In this document: piece after piece, positions 54,325 through 64,000 of the stretch
How positions within the stretch are numbered: position 1 is the stretch's first letter
Layout of the letters: every line of letters starts with the position of its first letter
Source of the DNA: Antedon mediterranea
Lineage: Eukaryota > Animalia > Echinodermata
NCBI RefSeq assembly: GCF_964355755.1
Contig: NC_092680.1
Span: 4,960,001 to 5,024,000, forward strand
Reading direction: 5' to 3'
Length of the DNA: 64,000 nucleotides
Position numbers and translations under genes: made by a program
The notes under the pieces: generated by a model
Seen by the model: only the letters and a program-made list of their open reading frames with translations
Database searches by the model: none
Told to the model about the DNA's origin: nothing

Positions 54325-57300
54325 ATGTCAAAAGGCACTTTTAAATCATACGTGAATAGTGGGGAATCTAGTAAATCGGCTAGTAGGAATGTGAGTGTGT
54401 TTACTTCTGTTGAAAAACACTCAACGGACTGGGCTGGTTTAGGCCTAGTAGGCTGGTAGGCTAGTTGGTAGCTAGGCCAGGCCTGTCAGACCTCATTCAG
54501 CCAGCCCGCCCAATCAAGCTATTTAGCTACTTGCCTAGCACCAACAATGGTCTTACTACAGAAGGCCAGATTGTTTTAACCCCATTAAACAATGGAAACT
54601 ATAAAGTATATTATAATGATGCCTAATTAAAATTTAGGCTACTCAGACAGTATATTATATTAATTAATGTTAATTGTTATTTTTTTAATGATCTGAAATA
54701 GGCCTAGGCCTAATTATCAATTAGGGCCTTAGGAAGGTTGTCTGTAGTAGATTTTTAGCCTAGGCCCCGGACCTTAGTCCTAGTTAGGTAGTTAGGCCTA
54801 CAGTGTATGTAGGCTGTTGTAAGGGATCCAGATATATTCGATAATAAGCACTATAAGTATATATAGTAGTAAATGAAATATTAATTATTATTATTCGTCC
54901 TATATTATATTAAGAAATATTTAACATTCAAACAAACATGTTTTATTTATATTTTGTTCACAGAACATACAGGAAGCAAGTAATAGCACTCCTAATCCTG
55001 AAGCCAGGGTTATTGAAGGTATATTAAAATCTACTGATTTAACATATCTTTATTCAATCAATAAAAATAATTGTTTAGTTATAGTTTAAATGTCCTAATA
55101 TTTTTCCTCCATGAATTAGTGTATGTACAGTAGATTAATAACAATTATTTATTTTTTAAAATCATATTTACAGTTCTGCTGATCAGCATACATTTTATTA
55201 GAAAAAAAAATCACATGTATTGTTTTTAAATTATCAAGTATAATTTTGGCCTGTATTTAGCTATAAGTATTTTACTATTAATCATTAAGGTCAATATTGA
55301 AAGGATATTGTGTCATGTACGCTACCATAGTTGATAGTAGCCTTATTTGACAGCGTAGTTTATCAACACAAGGGAAGTAGTTCTAATTATCAAGTGCCTC
55401 AGGGAGGAAACTGGGTGGAAGCTGGTTTGGAAGAGCCCCAATGATGATATCATTCCCAGTAGCCTAGCTTAGACATACATATCAAGCAGGGAACATCAGT
55501 TATTACTATTATAAGTATTACTGTAATGTACTTTTGTACCTAGCCTCACATGACACTGTTAGTAACAACCAGACAAGGAATTACAGTAGCCTCAGACAGA
55601 AGGATAGTCTCTTAGTCACATTTGTCATACGGAATAGATTAAGACGTATGAAGCTCGGGATTTACTTCTCTCAATACGAATACTATGTTTCTGTCTGTCT
55701 GCTGTTCGCTGTTGTTCTATTTCATATATTTGGATTTTAATTGAGAACGCGAGGATTTAAAGTATCTCGTTTGAGTCTTACTATTTTTTGCTTGGTGTTT
55801 TTGTACTTTTGTTGGATTGATAGTTAAGCATAAGGATATACCCATGTATTCGCTTATGAGACCAACAAGTTTGGAAGTTTCTCTGTTTCCAGGTACAGTG
55901 TTGTAAAACAATACATATTTGATATCTTTAATAATTACGAAGTAGCTTATGCGTCTGGGAGCTACTGACTGACTTACTGAATGATCGGAACACACATAGA
56001 ATGCCAGGCTAGTGGTCTGTAGGTCATGAGTTCGAGTCTCACCCAATTTGTTTGTAAAATGTTCTCTTGTACTGGGCATTCAGTACAATTACAGTAGGAC
56101 AAAACTATATTATGTATAAATCTGTTAATCTCAATTTATAGTTATTATTAGTAGTAGTCACCAATCTTTATTGATGTCCAATATTAATTGATATAACGAG
56201 TTATATATTAGGCCTATAATAACAATGAAAGACATATGATTATTTAGTTTCACAGAAATAGGCCTATTCATAACTAGGTCAAAGGTTCAAGATTAGCCAC
56301 AAATTCATAAGTATGTAATTAGTACAACACTGTATCCTTGAGTTGTAGATATTATAAATTTTGTATTTTTTTTCAGGTGAACTTGTCATTGGTCAAGCCC
56401 ACAATGTTTTAAAGTTTGATGCATTCAGTGGGCTCAATAGCGGTATATCTGGCTCCCTCTACTGTACAAATTTTAAAATAAGTTTTTCAACGGCTACGAA
56501 GCCTTCACATGATTTGGTAAGTCCAATTCGGCTTCATTAACAATTCAGCACACAATGTACAGTAGAACCATGAATGTATAACCTATTAAGGAGACACTTT
56601 TTTGGGTCTTTAAAGTGTCCCCTCTAGGCTCTACTGTAATACAAATAATAGTTACTATATCCATGGAGGTATAACCTCCATGCTATATCACTGTAGTTAA
56701 TTCTGTATTTTTTCTTGTATGAAAATATTATTTATAATAATGTTCAATTTATATAACACAAAATACAGAGCACCTCTTAAGTGCTGAAAAATCACAAAAT
56801 TAATTTATGAAAGTGCAAATTAAAAAGGTGAAAATACAGTAAAGGAGGTAGGATATTAATATAGATTGGTATAGGTCTTTAAGTGGTCATTCAACAAAAA
56901 AACTGTGTTAACAAGCAAAACAAAGCTACCATAGGTGGCACAGTAGACAGTACTGTAGGTGTGGTAAGAGAAAGATGGGAACAAAAACAATGGCATTCTG
57001 TACCTTTGAGGTAGAAAAAACAAAGGAACAATATGTTTCAATGCTTGACCTATCCACTATTCTACGTTCTGTAATAGTATGCTGTAGAAAGGATTACAAT
57101 TTAAAGACACACTTGACAGCACAATTTATCCCTATACCTATTTTAAAGCACTAGCATGTGGAAGACTAGATTTAAAACAAAATAAAAGTTGAAAATGTTT
57201 ACAAATAAATAGTAAAGGTTCTTCAGCGGAAGATTTACTGTTTGTTTATGATAATCTCGGGTCAAAGGGTAAAAATTAATACCACCTTTTCTGGGACACC

Positions 57301-60300
57301 CTTATACAGTATATTATTCTAGGGACACACCCTATTAAGGGGACGCTTGTTTTTAATATTTTTTTTCTGGCTTATGAGTGAACAATATAACATAGCAATT
57401 GAAATAGACACAGAGCAAAATAACAAGTAAATAAATAACAAACAAACAAGCAAAGGTCTCAACTTTTTTTTCTTCCGATAATAAGAGAAATACAGTATAT
57501 TAAAAGACCAACAATTCTACTGTTAAACAATATATTTTCAATTATAAGTTGGTGAAGGTATCAATGAAGAAATAGTGCAATTTCACTATATATCTCTATG
57601 GTATGGGTACTGTACTTCTATTCTTCTATCCGCTAAAGAGGTACAAGCCATTATCATAAGGAATACAATTTTCACTATATATCTCTGGGGTAAGAGTACG
57701 TCCTCTATCCGCTAGAGAAGTACAAGACCATTATCCTAAGGAATACAATTTTCACTATCTCAATGGTGTGGGTACGTCCTCAAGACCATTATCATAAGGA
57801 ATACATTATGATGATTTTATGTTTCCTTCCGGTTTCCATGAAAGAATGACAATCTATATTGCTCTATAAGGCTTTATTTGGTCCGGCGGATTATCAGCAA
57901 CATAATAGAGAATTCCCATTTAAGTTTGTCTATATTAGGAACTTGAGTCACTGTCACTATTAAATGCATTCTACTACTGTATTAGCTTGCCATAAACATT
58001 GCTTATATTATATAAACAATGGAACAGGAAATGCTGTACAATATGTATGATGAAAAAGAAACTTAATGAGAAAACCAAATATAGTGGAACCCCACTATTC
58101 TATTGTGACACCTCTATTAAAGGGACACTGTGATTTGTGAAACGAGGGCAATACAAGACCAACAATGTTTAGCGGGACCACGTCTGTTAAAGGGACACCT
58201 CTATTAATGGGACAGCTATTAAACAGACACTTATTAAGGGACCCATGTGAAACAATGGTACTATATACTTAACAGTATTTTTTTTTTATGACCAACCAAT
58301 ATTTATCAGGCACACGCCTATTAATGGGGACTTTTTGTTGGGTCCCACAGCTTTCCCTTTGATAGGGATTCTACTTTAGTATAATTATATATGTTTTATA
58401 TTCTAGAAATTTTTATTATTTACACTATGCCTACATTCACTCTGTATATTTCTAACAGAGAGTGGAATATTAACAAATTATTCATTTTAATAACCACCCT
58501 CTTCTGTTATAATTATGTAACGGTAATAAAGTATTTATTTTCTGTTTTGTTTTTTAAGTTCTTTTTATTAATTTTATTTATTTTCTGTATTTCTAGGTTG
58601 AGCTCGATCATAAAAACCTTTTATACAAAGAAAATGACATTCCGTTGACAAGTGTAGAAGCTGTTTACCAAGGTAAGATATTATTTGACCTTTTTTTTTA
58701 AATTAATTTTTTCTTAATGGACTATATTTTTATAGGTCATCAACATTGATTTATGCTACATTTTTAAAATAAACTGAAACAAAACTCTTTCTAACATGAC
58801 AAATGAATCACTACATAAATTTTTAAACCATTTAATGCAATAAATTTGTTCCTGTACTGTGTACACTTCCGATATATATTTTTTTGGGGCCTAAGATAAA
58901 GAAAATACCATATTTATATTGTGTATAAGGTAAGGGAAAGGTAAAGTAAAAAGTTATCAAATAATGTTGAAAGAACTCACAATGCTTTTGGTACTGTGTC
59001 TGTACAATAATTATGGCATAATTTATTTAATAATACGGCAATTAATAACAACAACAATTTGCACTAATAATAATAAACAATTAGTCATCAATTACTACTG
59101 ATTGTTATTTCTGGTATATGATATTAAACATTTATGTCTAATCAAAACTAATAGCATACTGCAACAACTAATGTTAATACTTTGGGCTTATGAAGCTGAA
59201 TGTAAACGATATCAAATAGGCTTAATATAATTAAGTTATTCTTTTAAGATATTAACTTTATCATCATCTATATTATTTATATTATTTGTAATAATTAGTC
59301 ACTGGTTGGAGGTACACACCTAATTGGTGACAGTGGCTTAGGCTGCTTTTGTACTTTCCTGGCAGCTAGTCACTATGATATTTTCTTCTTGCGTCGTGTT
59401 TGTTTGGTATTATAATTTTGTAAAATGTATCTTTTGCCTGAATAAATAATAATAATAATAATTGTAAAACCATTGAGCAGGTACATTATATATAATTTAT
59501 AGCTCACCATGGTAAAACACAACAAATATATACTGTATATCCATAAACAATGCATGTGTAATTTTGCTTTTTTCTACTGGATGTAAGTTGTAGTTTATAC
59601 AACATGCCGATTTGCACAGATGATAATATTGGTCTCTGAAGTGTGATATGATGTTTATAACATCTTCAATTATAATCTCAATTAAAGGCAAACTCATTAA
59701 ATTCATATGTTAAAATACTTCACTTTTCTGAAAACAAACTGCAAAAGAGGCAGCACCAATTTAATATGTATGCTTCGATTTAAAAAAAAAAAAGGCCTCG
59801 TATTTTGATTTCGTTCTGCTTAAAAGGCCAATTTACACATAATATGAATAAAGATCATAAAAATATAGAATCTACTGTATGTTATTCCTTATGACCATTT
59901 ACACGCGACACGGAGCAGACAGGCGGTTTAGGGTAGATACAGATTCTACGTGGGACAAGCTACGTAGTTTCCTGCTTACCGTTACAGCTTGTCTGTGTAA
60001 ACTGGCCTTAAAATCATGTCAATCTATTACTTTTGTGTAAAACACGAAAGTGAAACCTGAAATACTGAACATTACAAAAGACTGTATGGTATCCTATCAA
60101 ATTGTATTTGATTAAGTTTAGTATCGATAAATAAATATAGGCAAATAGAAATATGTTACTTATAAATGCTACTTTTCTTGCTATTTGAGTTAATGGTGAT
60201 GACCTACAGTATGTTTGTGTGGAAGAGTTTATTTTATATAGGTGTCTACTGTACAACCAAAGAAGAATTATATTCATTGATGCTCTAACCACTGATGAAA

Positions 60301-63300
60301 AGTGTTTTATTGTTCTTATCAATAAAGTCAATATGGTTACTGCATATTTATAGTAGATTGTTGTTTATTTATTGACAGCTAACTGGGTTCAGAAACAACA
60401 ATATGATCCCCATTTACTATGTAAATATGAGCTGTGAGAAAGTTCAGATTATTTCAAATTATTGACGATGTAACACAAGCTTATGTTTAAGATATTGCAC
60501 ATTAACAAAGCAAAATATATACAAATACTGTACAGTATATTTAAAAAATGTAGTATCATATTTTTATTTATGTAGGCTGTATAAAAACTTACTGTACAAG
60601 TAGCCCCATGGCTAAAATGTTGTACAGTATAAATTACAGTACTGTAAAATTTACATAACTTTATAACAATAACAAAAATGCAAAAAAAAGCTACAACAAT
60701 ATCGCTATGTATCGCGTTCTATATGAACTATTGTTTAGCACATTAATTATTGTAGGGATGGGTAAATTTTTAAATCTCTTTCGGTTCTCGATTTAATTTT
60801 TGATATTTGACCTTGCTATTACTTCGGAGAACACAAGGAATACTACGAATAAGGGAGAGCAAATAATGGAACTTGTCCGAGTTTTCGATAAATGTATTTG
60901 TTTTAAACTTTGCTATAGAAAAATAAATGCACTATTGTACTGAAAGAAGCAAAACTTAAGTGCTGTAAAGGTTACCCTAAAACTTTTAATATGATTGACA
61001 TAGTTTCAGTTGTGCATGTTGTTCTTTGTCTTAGGATTTATTTTCAGTTTCAGTCTAAAAGATCGGAAAAAAAGGATAATATTTGAGGTTTGGTTCAAAA
61101 TGGAGTGATAATTAAAACACTTTGCATCACCACTGTCATTTAAAATTCCTTTCCTGACATTTAGTACTCCATTAGTTTATTAAACTTTCATCTTTGACAG
61201 GAGAACAGCTCACAATCTTTAATTTACAAAGGCAATATCCAATACTGTCCTTTCTTCTGATCTCTTGTTACCTTTGACAATGTCTGTGGGTCACGTAAGA
61301 TCGCTCCGTAATAGGAACCAAATATCACATCATTACCATCCAGAACTGCCCGCTTTGCAAAAGTAACACGCATTTGTTGACCAAAGTTATGACATTGCTA
61401 TATTGTTTTTTTTTATACAGTATCATCGAGTAGACGAAGGCTGCTGTCTCCAAATAGTACTGTTAGCAATGGAATTAAAGTGCTTGAAATCAGATGTAAA
61501 AACTTCAAAGTTCATACATTTAGTTTCAAGTTTACACAGAAAAAAGAAAACAAAACTGTAAGTCAACTTGTGTAAGCTCTGTCTACACTATCAAACTAGT
61601 TTGACAAAAAAATTGTGATGTGCCCAAATATAGTAGTGATATGCCCAAATATAGTAGTTATATGCCCAAATATAGTAGTAATATGCCCAAATATGGCGGT
61701 GATAGGACATCATCATATCCATACAGTATATTGGCGCATCACATTTTTGTCGCACTAGTTTGATAGTGTAGACAGGACTTTAAGTTTGGTGGGACTACTT
61801 TGATCTTTTATAGTCATGGTGGCCCACAAGCAAACGGCTACTTCTAAAAAATTAATGGAAAAAAGTAATGTTACAACATCGGGTTGTGCCCATAAAACAA
61901 CAAGGGCTTTGAACCTACCCAGTCTGTCCCACAAGAATGTTTCTGGGATTTTTTTTTTTAATATCCAAAACCCCTGTTTCAAAAGTGGTTACAAAATATT
62001 ATTATTATATAAACTGTTTACAGTATTTATGTTAAGGTTAAATGTCAAAAGAGTTTAAACTCAAATATGGGAAGGAAAACTCATTAGTGTTATATCCATG
62101 GTGCTAAGTATAGCTTTGTAAAGGTTAAATATGGAACGCAAAGTAAGCAATGTTTATTCTGTATATTGTTTAACTGAAACATTTTTTTTTTAACAATGTT
62201 TTTTTTCTAGATTGTGAACACAATCCTTCATCATGCATTTCCAAAAAAGCTTGAGCTTTTGTTTGCATTTTCCTTTCAACTGCCAACAAATTCTCAACCT
62301 TTGTCCCCGACTGTCAACAATTCAGAAAAGAACCACAGCAAATCAAACGGACGATCAATCAACTTGACCAAGTTCTTTCGCACACCTCCCGTAGTGCCGC
62401 CGTCCCCAACACTTTCTCTGAGTGAGGAGAGGCCTATCCGGACGCCTCAGTACCGCAAAGTTTCAGACTGGGAAGCTGAAATCAAGCGAACCAATGGCAT
62501 TAATCTTAGGGTTACATTGGCCAATCAGGCCTTCAAGATTTCTGACAGGTATGGTTATAAAAAATCTTAATGTTGATCTCAGTGCTGCTATACCGTTTTG
62601 TTTTGCATTTACAGGTATAACACCATGTAATTTTAAGGGAAAGATTTCTCCTTATTTATAAAGGGTGACCCTAAACAGCATATGCTGACAATCAAGGGGC
62701 CCTTTTAATGACCTTTAGGACCCAACTAAGTGTTCCCCTTAATATTTAAGTTTTACCAGAATAGGGGTTGGCTGTAGTTTTAAAACTTAGCATACCCCTC
62801 CTTCATTCATTTTATGGAAAAGAGTCCCTTATTAAATAGAGTTCCAAATATAGAAATTATATTTTACTGTATATAATTGGAAATATAGTCACCGAAATCT
62901 CTAACATGTTTTAATATCTATACAGTCTTCCAGAGTACTTTGTTATACCAATGGGATGTAAAGCCAAAGACAAGGATTCGTTACATGATGGTGATCTCCA
63001 TCACGCTGCTACACACTTTGAAGGTGGCAGAGTTCCGGTAGGTATACACTATTGGTAAATGGCCTAAGTGGGTTGGTCCTTGTAACCATGATACTAGATC
63101 ACATATGGTGCCTATTGACTGTATTCAGTTAGCACTTATGGACATTGCATGTTGATGCTTAAAACAATATCACTCCTGCATCCAACTATCACTATTGTTT
63201 GTATATATATATGCATTTTTTTTTAGCAGTCACTATTTAAGTGATAGTGGTAGGCTTGGCTTGTAATAATAATAATTTCATTGCTCAAATTATTTGACAA

Positions 63301-63989
63301 AAATACCAAATAAAAAGCTTGTTTTCATGATAAAAAGAACCCAACTTCCGATGATGGTTGTGTAGTTATTGTATTGGTGGTTTTTATTTATTTTTCTGGT
63401 GCAAATTGCCAACTTTGTGGTTAAAAGCTCTTGTCATCATTTTACAGACTTGGTAATGCATTTATTTTATCTATGTGATGATGTACATAAGTGCACATTA
63501 TATGATTAAAGGATAAAAGTCTTAAACTTTTTCAAAATGACTCAAATTTTGTTTATTTCACTTCACATATAAATAATATTAGCAATAGAATTCAAATGAT
63601 TAAAAAGGTTTAATTCTCTTTACAATATTTGAACAATAATAAACATTAAAATACAAAGAAAAGTAGAATGAGGCTTAGTACTGTATTTTGAGCATTCTTT
63701 ATTTTTTTATTTTGGTTTAATCAATTAAAAAACTCTATTTTACTATACTTAAGCTCTGTCTACACTATCAAACTTTATGTGACAACAAAATGTGATGTGT
63801 CCATATATGGACACTACCATATTTTAGCACATCACACTTTTTTTTGTCAAACTAGTTTGATACTATAGACAGATCTTTAGGTTTCTTTTTTTTCTTCTAG
63901 TTTTGGTGCTGGAGTCATCCCAACGGCAGTATGTTGATTCGTATGTCCCCACTTCGTCTCGATACCCCTCACCTTGATCAAGAAATAAG
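54325..63989 (+). CDS. MTMR10: Myotubularin-related protein 10-like (MTMR10/11/12 subfamily), 5' part, continues past the window
   Basis: Exons 54325-54390, 54964-55018, 56377-56516, 58597-58672, 61421-61557, 62211-62548, 62926-63037, 63901-63989, frame-consistent; motifs FKSY, GSLYCTNFKISF (PH-GRAM), CKNFKV, LLFAF, LPEYFVIP, GRVPFWCWSHPNG. Confidence 0.88.
56560..56636. mobile_element. Small Tc1/pogo-like MITE remnant
   Basis: TA-CAGTAGA...TCTACTG-TA; interior CCTATTAAGG.GACAC motif also occurs at about 57290-57345 and 58082-58376. Confidence 0.55.
56662..56682. mobile_element. 21-bp palindromic footprint-like insert with 7-bp direct flanks
   Basis: CTATATC-CATGGAGGTATAACCTCCATG-CTATATC; same CATGGAG termini as 48352-48369. 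Confidence 0.6.
57578..57805. repeat. Degenerate tandem repeat, about 3 units of 60-85 bp
   Basis: CAATTT(T)CACTAT...CCATTATC[A/C]TAAGGAATAC occurs three times. Confidence 0.75.
58082..58376. mobile_element. Decayed pogo/Tigger-like MITE with internal ACACCTCTATTAAxGGGAC repeats
   Basis: TAGTGGAACCCC ... GGGATTCTACT decayed inverted ends and 4-5 internal subrepeats. Confidence 0.45.
61575..61779. mobile_element. MITE family A, copy 5, with expanded internal 21-bp repeat
   Basis: TIRs at both ends; TGCCCAAATAT-containing unit occurs four times. Confidence 0.85.
63752..63876. mobile_element. MITE family A, copy 6
   Basis: TTA-AGCTCTGTCTACAC ... TAGACAGATCT-TTA (3-bp TTA duplication). Confidence 0.85.
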
Positions 63990-64000
63990 GTACAGTAACA

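Noticed and set aside
55955-56050. Possible tRNA or tRNA-derived SINE (GAGTTCGAGTCTC B-box-like)
   Set aside because: No convincing A box or cloverleaf, and no second copy in the window.
241-64000. Many 60-120 aa ORFs in AT-rich spacers and introns or antisense to real exons
   Set aside because: No recognisable motifs; expected by chance or as shadows of GPCR, collagen and LINE coding sequence.

Overview
AT-rich eukaryotic genomic DNA from an invertebrate animal; an echinoderm-like deuterostome is plausible but is inference only. Bases 1-34.1 kb hold a tandem array of 13 intact-looking class A (rhodopsin-family) 7TM GPCR ORFs with intronless coding regions, plus about 6 pseudogenes or remnants, consistent with a lineage-specific chemoreceptor-like expansion. 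Bases 34.8-47.8 kb hold a 15-exon gliomedin/colmedin-like gene (type II membrane collagen plus olfactomedin domain, minus strand). Bases 49.5-53.1 kb hold SSR2 (TRAP-beta), and from 54.3 kb the 5' part of an MTMR10-like gene runs off the window. Interspersed elements include a LINE, a 5S-derived SINE, Harbinger- and pogo-like MITEs, a P-like element with its footprint, a Sola-like transposase relic, Penelope-like remnants with hammerhead ribozyme motifs, and two minisatellites. Most striking: (i) a ~107-nt TM3-ICL2 tract is almost identical at DNA level in 11 otherwise divergent receptors and carries DRY->DCY/NCY; (ii) some receptor genes are patchworks of their neighbours; (iii) a conserved multi-motif module lies upstream of most receptors; (iv) a hammerhead ribozyme with an intact core sits inside the cluster. 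All counts and alignments were made by eye.
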